Assembly: GCA_002269645.1 (NCBI GenBank) | Contig: NIVC01001037.1 | Location: 310,001-374,000 of the forward strand | DNA: 64,000 nucleotides | From: Macrostomum lignano | Taxonomy: Eukaryota | Reading direction: 5' to 3' | Position numbers and translations under genes: made by a program | Notes under the pieces: generated by a model | Databases searched by the model: none | What the model saw: the letters and a program-made list of their open reading frames with translations, nothing else | Told to the model about the DNA's origin: nothing | In this document: one piece after another, positions 1 through 12,356 of the stretch | Position numbering within the stretch: the stretch's first letter is position 1 | How the letters are laid out: every line of letters begins with the position of its first letter

Positions 1-1126
1 GGATAGGATCATAACTTTCAATAGCTTAGGATCATAAGCACAGGCTATAGTCATTCCGGCGCACACTGTGCCACCTTTCTGACTATGGGTAATACACAGC
101 AACCTACGGGCAGAGGTTGGGGTACAAACCAACTGCCAACCCTTTTACTGGAAAGACAGAAGGGCCAAAGAAGGTTAAAAGCTGTTTTTTGCTTTTTAAG
201 CATGTTAAAATATGAAAATAAAAAAATAAAAATAGCCTTAAACCTAACCCAGAAAATTTGCAATTTTCTCATATAAGTTACAATGCTGATTTGCCAGTAG
301 TCTAGGAGAAAAATTGCAACACACATACAAACATTATACCAAATTTTTATATAAAAAGTATATTTCCAAATAATATTATTTTCATTAAAATATAAAGAAT
401 TATCATTAATAATTAAAAATTATTAATTACGAACTAGCTTTTACAATAGAGTACTGCAGCTTAGTAATATTAGTAACTTAATATATTGACTATAAACAAT
501 TGATATCTTCATTATTCAATAATATATATATAAGCAATCAGCAATAAAAAAATAAATGTATTGAAAAACAGTGTTTAACTTATCTTTATATTTATTTTGG
601 CTGAAACTCTTACATTATAAATCAAATAAGAAGCTCAAGACAAGAAAAACTCATAATTTACATATTACTGCATTTAAAATGAATTTTTTATATTTCATAA
701 ATTGGTTGAGATAGCCTGGTCGACACTGTATTCTGATCTAAGAGAGAAAAGCATTCTGATTTAAAAATGCTTCTGCTGGAAGCTACAGTAATAATTCCTT
801 CATGATCAGCATGATCATCAGAGTTAACGAATTAAGGAAGAATTAGAAGAATTGAATCTTTGGGTTTCCTATAAATTTCTATTATTAAAGGTCTTAATGT
901 AAAAAGGATTATATTTATAGATGTATTTTAGTTATTAACTTTTTTATGTAATTTTTTTTAACTAGATATTTTAGATAGTTAAGTTTTACAATAATTTTAT
1001 AAGCTTTTTTGTTTTACTTTTTTACTCTCTAATCTTGAAAATTTTTGTCCCGGGCTTCGCGGGGCCCACAACTTTGGGTCGATCAAATGTAAAAACAGTC
1101 TAGATTTTATTCTAATAAATAATTTA

Positions 1127-1336
1127 CCTGTCTTTGTCATATTCAAATGTGGGCGCTGGCGTCGAAACATTCAAAGCAAAAATGCCTTCTGTCTTGCGAA
1201 ACGAATATGCTGGAACTGGTGATGCTGTGGGACGTGGGTACAGCTGCTGCTGATGATGATGATGCTGATGCTGCCGCGCCTCTGCTTTCAGCTCTGCGTC
1301 AGCCTCGGTTTTGGATGGAGTGATATTCCATAACAT
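1127..1336 (-). CDS. Possible first coding exon of an unidentified gene (poly-Q/H stretch)
   Basis: ATG-initiated ORF MLWNITPSK...QHQHHHHQQQ...YDKD ending at a GTAAAT donor-like site. No in-frame downstream exon could be found. Confidence 0.3.
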
Positions 1337-1719
1337 GATGGATGTTCTTTACATGTTAATGTAATATAATGTCAGCATTTAATTTTATCTACTTTTTAGC
1401 TCAAAATAATCCTAAACTATAGAAGTCGTTGCGCTAAATGAAGTCGTTGTCTTACGCGCGTTCATTTACATATGATGTCAATTTTTTCCAAATTAAATTG
1501 TGTCGCTATTTAGGAGTAAATTTGGCTGTCTATGGCTTTGCATACGCTCAAAGCTTTTAATGAATTAAAAAGAATAAATGGAGGACAATCGCAAATTTTA
1601 TTCGACTTATATTTTACAATAATCCTTGCAATATGTCCGGGAAAGTGATCGATTAAATCCTGCAAAATAAAATCTATGTCAATAACCTCCCTGAAAGTGA
1701 GCTTTAAAGTGGTTTATGG

Positions 1720-2600
<881 letters not shown>

Positions 2601-2960
2601 TCTTTTACGCCGAGGTGCGTAGCGCCTCGTGTATTAAAGTGTATTAAAGCCCAAGAAAAGCATAGAGGCCGTCTCTAAAGCAAGTAAAAGACAGTCCTAA
2701 AATTTTGTTCTTTTGGTCTAAAGGCTGGATCGATTTTATATGGTGCTTTAACCATAGGCAAAAAATTAGTTATTTTTATCACGAGAAAGGCCCCATGTTT
2801 ATAATACCAAAATCGTTGATGGTTTTCACTTGTCACTTGTCATTTGTCACTTGTCACTTGTCATTCGTCAGCTTGTCACTTGTATTATTAATGAAATAGG
2901 CCCCAGGTATTTTTTAAGCAGTGATCTATAAAATCTAGTGTTTTATGCATGTCCACTTAC

Positions 2961-3078
2961 ATGCCATACGCTCCTGACCGCTATGATAAACTCTACTTAC
3001 ATGTCATGCGCTCCTGACCGCTATGATAAACTCTACTTACATGTCATGCGCTCCTGACCGCTATGATAAACTCTACTT
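2961..3078 (+). repeat. 40-bp tandem repeat (3 units; resumes in diverged form at 4301-4350)
   Basis: Unit atgtcatgcgctcctgaccgctatgataaactctacttac starts at 2961, 3001 and 3041. Confidence 0.9.
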
Positions 3079-4300
3079 GTTTTTGTTTGTTAAACGAAAG
3101 GGTCCTAAGGGGGACCCGCGGATCAGCCACATGGAAGGGCTCTGCCGCGAGGGGCACTGCCAGGGGCACAGCAATAGCTGTTTATAGAGCCCGAGATACC
3201 CCGAGAGAGATGGAGATTGGGCCCGGCATAAAGCGCGGGAGGGCGAAGTTGACCCAAGCCTACGGTACAAGACACCGCCAAACCAACAGTGGAATCAGGG
3301 ACGGTGCTAGGACCGAATCCACCCAGGCTACCCCCCCCCCAGTCCAAGAGCGGGGAAACCCAGAAGTCTTGGAAAGGGCTAACTATTGGAGCGAGTCTGG
3401 AAGGCTTGTATCCGAGGGGGAGACTCTAGGCGGACTCGGAACACCTCTATTGCTGCCAACCCAAGGGCATCGCCTATCCAGCTCATTATTGGGGGCCAGG
3501 CCAAGGGGTCGGGAAGAGGCACCAGGGGCAAGAGGACACCAGACTCAGCCGGTTGTCCCCGGTACGGGACGAACATCCTTCCCAGGACACCAATCCACTG
3601 TCAGGATGAGAGCCAGAGACACTCAAGCAGGGACCGTCAGCAGGAGCCAGTAGATGGACCCAAGGACAGAGCAGGGTGGACCGGGCAGTGGGCAGAGCTC
3701 ATTACTCCGAAAGATTGGATGGCTACATAGGCCGGGGTTAGATAAAACCAATACTGTAAAAGGACTAAAACATAACTGGAGGAGCACCTGAACCCACGCA
3801 AAAAACCTGCAAAAAACCTGATGGTGGTTGCTAACCTTTTCGACGATGTGACTTTTCGAGCTTATGATGGTGGTTGCTTGACTTTTCGACGATGTGATTT
3901 TCGAGCTTGTGAGTTTTCGAGCTTGTGATGGTGGTTGCTAAATCAGTTTTCGACGATGTGAGTTTTCGAGCTTGTGAGTTTTCGAGCTTGTGAGTTTTCG
4001 AGCTTGTAATGGTGGTTGCTAAACTTTTCGACGATATGATTTTTCGAGCTTGTGACGGTGGATGCTTTTCGACGATGTGATTTTTCGAGCTTGTGATGGG
4101 CCCCCCAGGGCCGATGGCCAAATTATTGGAGTACGAAAAAGAATAGGGTTTATTTTTAGACTGGGCACAGCCCCTCCGGGGCGGACCCTTAGTTATTGGG
4201 CTAGCCGAAGCTAGGCCAATCGGATTGCGCAAACCCTTAGACAAGCTACCAGAGAGGCAACCAGGGTAAAAACAGTCAGAGACCGTCTTTACGGCCTTAA
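3079..4300 (-). mobile_element. 1.2-kb non-autonomous insertion with 13-bp target-site duplication (retroposon-like)
   Basis: ATAAACTCTACTT at 3066-3078 and 4301-4313 flanks a GC-richer block that interrupts the 40-bp array. On the minus strand it ends in a GGGTCC/GGACCC stem-loop followed by AACAAACAAAAAC. Internal degenerate tandem repeats at about 3830-4100. No RT ORF recognised. Confidence 0.6.
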
Positions 4301-4470
4301 ATAAACTCTACTTACATGTCATACGCTATTGACCGCCATAATAAGCTCCGCTTACCATGGCAAATCAAGACCCGTGAAGAAAGCCATTTCTTCATATTCA
4401 CTGTACTGTCACTACTCAGTAGTCAGTAGTAGCACTCTGGTTTTTTAGTCCGAAATCAAAGAGACCGCAC

Positions 4471-4516
4471 AAGGACTACTTAACAACTGAGCGTCCTAAG
4501 TTGTTAAGTAGTCCTT
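4471..4516. repeat. Perfect 18-bp inverted repeat (10-nt loop) flanked by a 10-bp direct repeat
   Basis: aaggactacttaacaact / agttgttaagtagtcctt; flanks gagaccgcac (4461-4470) and gagactgcac (4517-4526). Confidence 0.9.
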
Positions 4517-4924
4517 GAGACTGCACAGGCTCACATCACAGAGTGTAACATACTGTAATATGTGTAACCACACGGTCAATATTTAAGATCTTCTCTGGGT
4601 CTGCATACATGTATTTATAGCATTTGCTGTTATACTAATTTTCTCGTTATAATATGCTTTCCGTTTGACAGTGTCTACATACACCATTCAAATTATGATT
4701 TTTGAAAATCCAAAAAGACTCAGATCCATGCTTTCATAGGTTTGAAATCGAAAATTTTTATTTTCAACTAAGCTGCCGAATACGGGTTCACAGCACGAAT
4801 GCAATCATTTATTACCAGAAAGGATTAAGTGGGTCAAAAATGAACTTCTATCCGCCCACGCAAAATTTACCTATAAAATTTGTCCAACAGCCAAAAAACT
4901 AGCGCGCAAGGTAGAATCTGAAAA

Positions 4925-5600
4925 ATGGCGGCCACCACTCACAGAAAAACGCTCAACGAATTCGAAATGGAAGGCGTCGTGTGGAACAACTTTAAATTCC
5001 GACCGAGCGATGTTGCGATATTTGCGTGTGTACTTTTCCCAGGTGCGGCACAACGCTTACTCAGGAAATTGTGTGGCAGCTTGTTCACCGAGACACCATC
5101 AAGCAAGGGGGCAAGTACGCTCCCATTGACCAACGGTTCCCGTTCCTGGAGTTCAACTACGGTTGGGGAGTCTGGTCCCGTAAAGTGGGGCATCGACAGG
5201 TTGGAGTCGGCTAGCGAGGATGAGCAGCGCCTCATCAAGACGCACGTCCCGTACGCGTTAATTTCGCACAGGTTAAACGAAGTGAAGCCTCGAGTGATTG
5301 CCGTGCTGCGCAACCCCAAAGACTGCTGCAATTCGCTCTACCACTTCTACAAAGGCCTCGAGATGTACGGGCCCTGGTCGGGAACCTGAGACGAATTTGT
5401 TGACATATTCCTGAGCGGCAAGACAATGTGCGGCGACTACTTTCAGGTTAGTTTTGTGAGGCTTTAACCTGTACAGATGCAAACTTTGATACCGTATTTA
5501 TTTAATTGCAAACTCCGCGTAATTAGGTCTCTGCGGACTGGTGGCAGCTCCGGAATGAGCCGAACGTGCTGCTCCTGAAGTACAAAGATCTGGTCAGCGA
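4925..5600 (+). pseudogene. Cytosolic sulfotransferase (SULT1-like), disrupted and 3'-truncated
   Basis: Motifs across three frames: FKFRPSDV, CTFPRCGTTLTQEIVW (5'-PAPS-binding loop), QRFPFLE, RLIKTH, VLRNPKD (3'-PAPS-binding), and WWQLRNEPNVLLLKYKDL after a GT-AG intron. Frameshifts near 5020 and 5180 and a TGA at 5387-5389 where Trp is expected. Confidence 0.85.
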
Positions 5601-5782
5601 ACCTGGCAACCACCTGGAAATCAACATGTATTTAAAATTAGCCAGCATATTCGCGAATGATCGCTGCTTTTACCTACGTTTATAGCTGTCAACGCCTATA
5701 TAAGTTTTGCGCGCTATGGCCCACGGTTCGATACGAGTTATTTCGTGTTACTTCACAAATCATAAAAGTCATTTCAACACTG

Positions 5783-7192
5783 TCATGCTGTAAATTCGAT
5801 CAGCGGTGTTTCTTCGTTAATCTCCCGATCCGATGGCTCGTCGTCGATGCAGTCTTCCTGGTCAGAGATGTCGCCTGACAGGAACAGCATTACAGCCATT
5901 GGATAAGCCACGAATCGATAGTACGCCGAGCCAACGATTAGGAATGCAACAATAATCAAATGGTAGACATAGAACAGGGGCGCCCGGCCCTGCGCCGGTT
6001 GCAGAACCGGGTTGTCCGCCGGCACGGCGATAAGAATCGCTACTAGAGACTGACCGGCCAGAGTAGCGAGGCCCCATACGGTGAAGCCGATTCCCATCAC
6101 GAACAGCTTGCAGTGGTTTGGCGCAACGCCGTTCAGTATCTCCAAGGCGGCGATCACGGTCAGCAACTCGGCCGCACCGTCCACTGCGGAGGCGGCCCAG
6201 AACACGGCCTGCACAGACAGGGCACGCTGAGGTGGGGACCGCGAAACTAATATTAAGACGATTTCCACCAGGGCTTTGACAATGATTCCTCCCTGAAGCC
6301 GGAGCTCAATGGATATATGCTTGGACGAGCGGTAGGCAACCAGCATTAGCAGCAGACTCCACGCGATCTGACAACTGACTTTCATTAACTCAGGTGAAAC
6401 TAAACACTCGTTAGATTGGCCATTAGTGGTGTTAGTCGAATCAATTGATTCGATGTAGTGACGCATCTCAATAGTGTACACCAAACTTCGACTTCCAGCA
6501 ACCGAAATTACAAACGGAATCATTGGAGAAAATATCTTGAAGTATCGAATCAAACGACCTGTCGTTGGAAATGTGAAACGGGCGCGCCGAGCCAGGTCGT
6601 CAGTATTGATGTAGCCCGACATAGCCATGAACGATATGCTGGCTACAATGCCAACCAGGGTGTAATAGTTCCCGACTAGCTCCTCAGACATGGGCAGCAC
6701 AATGCCGATGAACTGGCCAAGCTTCACGGACAAAAAGTAGGCACCGCTGAGTATTGTCCAAATCCTGGGCTGAGGGTACCAGCGGTAGATGCAGTACACA
6801 ATGCATGGCTGCATCAGGCCGTATAGAAGTGGAATAGGCGACCAGGCTGCCGTAACTAAAGCGCTTGAACTGCAGATAAAATTTAAAAAGATTGCAGCCA
6901 CAAGAAGGATAGAGGACAGAAGCATCAGGTGACCGCAGATGTGAATTACAACCAAGTATCCCATGCAGGCATTAGCTAGCAGCCCGCCAAGCACTGGAAG
7001 AAGATACCTGGTGGAATAAATCCAAAAGATTGCTGTGCCTCGGGAGTCAAAGCACTGATCGCTCAGCCGGCACGTACCGTTTACAGACAAAAAATTCTCT
7101 GGGGACAGTATGCCAAGCTGATTGTCCACGACCTTGCTGCACATCTTCATAAACAGCACCACCAGAATGTCGACTGTGCTTTCGCGAAGCAT
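5783..7192 (-). CDS. Divergent POT/PTR (SLC15-like) MFS transporter, single exon, about 469 aa from ATG 7192
   Basis: Long hydrophobic multi-TM ORF. YLLPVLGGLLANACMG resembles the PTR2 YxxPLLGGxxAD motif, ALEILNGVAPNHCKLFVMG resembles LEFxYSxAPxxMKS, and it ends in an acidic tail with ETPLI. Confidence 0.7.
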   Translation of the reverse strand: MLRESTVDILVVLFMKMCSKVVDNQLGILSPENFLSVNGTCRLSDQCFDSRGTAIFWIYSTRYLLPVLGGLLANACMGYLVVIHICGHLMLLSSILLVAAIFLNFICSSSALVTAAWSPIPLLYGLMQPCIVYCIYRWYPQPRIWTILSGAYFLSVKLGQFIGIVLPMSEELVGNYYTLVGIVASISFMAMSGYINTDDLARRARFTFPTTGRLIRYFKIFSPMIPFVISVAGSRSLVYTIEMRHYIESIDSTNTTNGQSNECLVSPELMKVSCQIAWSLLLMLVAYRSSKHISIELRLQGGIIVKALVEIVLILVSRSPPQRALSVQAVFWAASAVDGAAELLTVIAALEILNGVAPNHCKLFVMGIGFTVWGLATLAGQSLVAILIAVPADNPVLQPAQGRAPLFYVYHLIIVAFLIVGSAYYRFVAYPMAVMLFLSGDISDQEDCIDDEPSDREINEETPLIEFTA

Positions 7193-10100
7193 CGCAAATA
7201 AAAAATCAAACTGTAAAGACTTCAATTTAGATTGTAGAACGATATACGCTTGATACCAGGCAAGCGACTGAGATTTATATTTTAAACATTGACCACGATA
7301 CATTGGGTGGATGAGGCTTTAGGGTGGAGAGCAAGAGCGGCCAGAATGCAGAGCGTACATGAGTAAGAATGTACAGTGAAATATTGTAGAAAGGCGCACG
7401 CAACGAAACAGGTAACGAGTAAAACACCACTCCAAAATTCTGAATAAAAAACAAGCTAACAAAAGTAACAAAAATTTGCCCAGCCAAGTCACCACACAAA
7501 CGATACAGCTTTGTGTTCGAGCAGGCGTTTTAAAGCAGGCAAATTAAGGTTAACTATGCAAGGCAGCAAATATATGGACGTTAAAGACGGCATCTATTTT
7601 TTGAAAGCAAAATTAGCATCCGAAATGCTATAAAGCAGACAATTGGTTTTACAGAACAAATAGCTTGTGCAGAAGCTCACGATGCCGTATTGTCCTTCAC
7701 GCAAGACTCAGTCTAGCAATAGCCTACCAGTACAGCTCATTGTCTAAAAAAGTGTAGAAATGTACAAATCTGCTCTAGCTATACTAGATTAGATAGATTA
7801 CTCGGAGAATCTAGAGTAGATTCCTATGTACCTCTAAGGTGCCTAAGGCAGACCCAAATAACTAGCAGATTCGAAGGCTTACCAGCCGCGATTTTTGGTA
7901 GTTCGAACCCCAAACGGCGCCGACAGGGCAGCGGAATTCTTCCCGTATTTGTATTTCTTCTGGTATTTCGTTTTACACACGGTACTCAGCGGCAGGGGCG
8001 CGCAATTCAATGGGCACACAACGCTACAGTACAAGTCACCGGGGAGCCACGAGCACGACGAGAATAGGGTGAAGAGTTTATTGGGTGGTGATCAGTCACT
8101 CAATAACTCCCACTTCTAGACACTGGGGAACAAGTGCCTAGGTATGTACAAATTCAAATAACTCTTACTGGAGCGGCTCCTCTTGTAGTTTGTAGACGTC
8201 TGGTTCTTGTAGTAGGCAGCGCTGTCTGACTTGGCTGAGCTGGGCGGCGGCCGGTTCCGGTGAGCAGCTGTGGTCTCTTGGAGTCTTTACTTTATCTGTG
8301 GGTCGACCAACACGAGAGCGAATCAGAATTCTTGACGGTCCTCGAGCTCGGAATGAACAATAGAACGTGCACGTGCGCCCTTATGAACAATTGAATTCTC
8401 TAACTTTCTGTAATAGGTCCTCCTGAAGGGCGTCTTCTTCGTTACGTCCGAAACGTAACGGATAACTTAATTCAAATCAATAAATCCTCTAGGAATGTAT
8501 CCTAGGAAACAAGGAGGCCTTTCTCAAATGTGTCGACAATAAGTGGCTCTCGTAAAATCAACTTATTAGCGCTAGTAACAATTAACTAAATCGGGTAAAC
8601 GCTTACCAATCTATCCGGATTTCTTCTCTCAGAGATGAGTCTTCTTTGGTTAACGTATTCCAAAGTCTTCCTTGAGACCGCTCCGAGTCTGAATTTTTGA
8701 CTCGGATTTTCGCTTATATTTATAGTAAAATTTGGGTGAAAAACTGGTTTAAAACCGGTTATTTACTTAGGTCACGTATGTTTGATTAGGAGGTCATGAA
8801 TGTTTGATCATTACCATATATGGAATTAAGCAAATAAAATTCCCGAGAACCGGTTTCTTGATCAAATAAACGTCGGTCCTACGTAGGGCTCTGAGTCACT
8901 TCTGTTTGCACATGACTCATTAGACTCATAGAATTTCTAAAAATAGATATGACTCATCATGACTCATTCTAAAAATAGATTGCGAGTTTAAATTAATTTT
9001 ATTAGAACATTACTTTAAGTAGTGCGTTCTGATATAATTTACAGTTCTCTACAAGGGGTCTCACGGGCTCTGAATAAATAGACAGCAAACTGGGGTCGAG
9101 GTTGCGGGAGAAAGACGGCTGAGACAGTTCATGGGACCAAGATGAGAGGTGCCAGCCAATCACCGAGAGCGCAGCACGGCAGACTGGGACTGGCAGCCAA
9201 TCAAAACTACTGGGACGGACGCGGCAGCTTGACTTACATACAAGAAAAATGGGTGCACTGTGCTACTGAAAAAATGAGTTCATTCAATTCTGTACGCCAG
9301 TGGGGAAAGAATACTTGCTAGAAATATGACTCGCACTGTACTTCGAATATTTTTGATTCCATCACATCTGAAACTTCAGTTCCACTAGGGACAAAAGCTT
9401 TGTGTGGGATCTGTGAAAAGTGAGTAGTCGATATCATTGGCGGGTCATTGCACAGATTTTTCACAAGTGACAAGTACGAGATAACGATAACGAGGCGCAA
9501 GCAATTCCCCAAAGGCTCATTCACACCGCCATCAAATGCGTTATCGAGCTGTTTGAAACTTCACTTTTAGCTTGTCACTCACTCGACTCCTAGTCATTGA
9601 TGGATTCGAGTGCTTTGGTCACAACCGCAGATACGAGCTAATAAATTAACTAGATATGCCACTTAGGCATTTACGAGCGTGTACTTGGAAAACAGCTTTC
9701 TACTTTCAGTTAAGTTTGCAGGCGTACACAACTTGCTAATTGGTTCAGCAATAATGTACATTAGCCAGTCCACTAAAAAGTACATGACAGCTTCAAGGAC
9801 TTCTCAAGTAACATGTATGCAGGACGCTACACTCGAAGTCTATGGTAAATGTCTTGAAGGCAACTTTTCGCCGAAAAATACACTACAGAGATAGGAGGTT
9901 TGAATTTTTTTCAGCACAAAAATTGTTATTGCTTTTGATAGGAGGCAGATATAGTGTTCATCTTTTGATATGTTGTGCCTTTCTTATTGCTCTATCGATA
10001 TTCTTAAAGCTTTTCGTTCAGAATTAGTTTTAAAGGCAGGTTTCACCAGAAAAAATACACTACGGAGATAGGAAATTTCACGATTTTCAACACTAAAACA

Positions 10101-10704
10101 GTGATTGGGTCTGTTAACAGTGTCAGAGAAAGTTCTAATCACACTATTTTGTGCCTCACATGCTGCTCTAACGACTCATTAATCGATTTTTAATGTTAAA
10201 TTGGTCTTATTGGAAAAAACGTTTAAAATAATGACAAGACCATGAGCCTTGCCCTTGGTTTTAAAAATGTCGCTCCATAAAAATGTGAGCCCCATGTCGC
10301 TCACCCTCCTGCGAATATCAATCTGGCTATGCAACACTCAGCAAGAAGAACAATGCTAATGCCACAATTACAGGTTTAATTATTACTCAAGAATGGGTCC
10401 ATCAATTCCGCAAACTAACAAGCCTGCAAAAATACTTCTGACTCGTATGCAAATTCGTACTTACAAAAATTACTTTTACCTTTAATTCAAGCACTCACTG
10501 AACCCCTCCTGGCCCGTCTGTCTGTGCACTCGTGCTGGATCAGTCACGGCACAGTTGAATACTTTGTAAATGAAAATAATATGACATCAATTTCTCAAGC
10601 CAAAAGCTATCAAAGCTCGCTTCATATAATCTTCGATGTTTGTTTTAAAAGTTTCTGAGAATTTCATACCTTCATTTTAGCTTCAGGCACTCTATAGAAA
10701 AACT

Positions 10705-11155
10705 CATCTCAAACTCCGGATGTCTCAAATGTCCATCTCAAACTCCGGATGTCTCAAATGTCCATCTCAAACTCCGGATGTCTCAAATGTCCATCTCAAA
10801 CTCCGGAAATCTCAAATGTCCATCTCAAACTCCGGAAATCTCAAATGTCCATCTCAAACTCCGGAAATCTCAAATGTCCATCTCAAACTCCGGATGTCTC
10901 AAATGTCCATCTCAAGCTCCGGAAATCTCAAATGTCCATCTCAAACTCCGGATGTCTCAAATGTCCATCTCAAACTCCGGATGTCTCAAATGTCCATTTC
11001 AAACTCCGGAAATCTCAAATGTCCATCCCAAACTCCGGAAATCTCAAATGTCCATCTCACACTCCGGAAATCTCAAATGTCCACCTCAAACTCAGGAAAT
11101 CTCAAATGTCCATCTCAAACTCCGGAAATCTCAAATGTCCATCTCAAACTTCAGA
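10705..11155 (+). repeat. 29-bp minisatellite, about 15 copies
   Basis: Unit tccatctcaaactccggaaatctcaaatg. The three overlapping ORFs start exactly 29 bp apart. Confidence 0.97.
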
Positions 11156-11245
11156 GTTAGCGTTCATGAATCTCATTCTTAATTCATTCTATCTTAATCA
11201 TAGACCATGAAGTTCAACCCATGGAGGAGGAGAATTCTTTCCTCC

Positions 11246-11773
11246 ATGGTTGAACCAAAGAGTATTGAGGTCGCCTAGTATAGAGTGCCAATAAGGATGA
11301 AAATCTGAAGCCGACTTTTAGAATCCACCCACCCCTTCCGGTCACCAAGCTTTTTAGTCTATGGCACAAGTTGTGGCTAGAATGGTGTACAAAGCCGATG
11401 CTTAAGATTAATACAGATGCATCAGAAACGCAGTTATTGCAATTAGCTACCGCGCACTTTAGTGGCAAGGCTGTTGTTTTTCAGACGTAAGGGCTATATG
11501 GCATGGCTGTTACGGAGTTGTGTATCGACGACGGCAACTGAGTCTGGTGACTGAGCGATGTTGTCTTGCTTATTTGATACATGCATTTTCTAAGTGTGAA
11601 ATGTCTTATATTTCTGAGCATCGGCCTTGTACACCATTCTAGCCACAACTTGTGCCATAGACTAAAAAGCTTGGTGACCGGAGGGGGTGGGTGGATTCTA
11701 AAAATCGGCTTCAGATTTTCAACCTTATTGGCACTCTCTACTAGGCGACCTCAATACTCTTTGGTTCAACCAT
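11246..11773 (-). mobile_element. Foldback/MITE with about 160-bp TIRs and a possible THAP-domain start inside
   Basis: 11246-11408 is the reverse complement of about 11612-11773 (atggttgaacc...ggttcaaccat). Internal minus ORF from 11468 begins MPLKCAVANCNN, like THAP MPxxCxVxxCxN. Confidence 0.75.
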
Positions 11774-12042
11774 ACACTGTAGACAAAATCAATCGTGCAC
11801 TTTATTTTTGTTGTCTTTTCAATTTATAAAAATAAATTTCAATCCTGCACCTATGCTGCATTAGACTTCAAGGAGATTTTGCCATAGACAAAATCAGTTC
11901 TGCGCGCTAGAGCGTGCAAGATCAGCAATTCTGCACGCAGAATCAAATAAGAATGGATGAGTTGACAATCTGATACATATATTAGCGAATTATTTCACAC
12001 TGAAAATCATTATAAGTTTAATTGGCTTTAAAAACTGAAGAC

Positions 12043-12235
12043 ATGGAGCTCTCAGACGAATGCCGAGACTGCGCCAAGGACAGCACGGATCCGGAGATCA
12101 CGAAACGCCGCTATCGTTGCATCAATCCGGAATGGTTCGCACCCAACATTCGGCTTCGACTGCCGTGCTTCCTGCCCAGGGGATTCTTTCTGATTACACA
12201 CGAGTGAGTATTGTCTTACAGACAAACAGACAGGC

Positions 12236-12316
<81 letters not shown>

Positions 12317-12319
12317 CTA

Positions 12320-12356
<37 letters not shown>

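Noticed and set aside
1-330. Short ORFs at the window start (MGNTQQ...; TATYGQRLGYK...)
   Set aside because: No consistent splice-frame path or recognisable domain.
3063-3653. 196-aa ORF inside the 1.2-kb insertion
   Set aside because: Starts in the flanking tandem repeat, has biased composition and no RT, gag or endonuclease motif.
7895-7925. GTTCGAACCCCAAACGGCGCC as a tRNA 3' half
   Set aside because: No matching 5' half or D and anticodon arms.
7895-9050. Possible LTR/PBS remnants (gccgaca-gggcagcgg; cgttacgtccgaaacgtaac; TATA-like 8715-8725)
   Set aside because: No second LTR, TSD or gag/pol fragment, and the orientation signals conflict.
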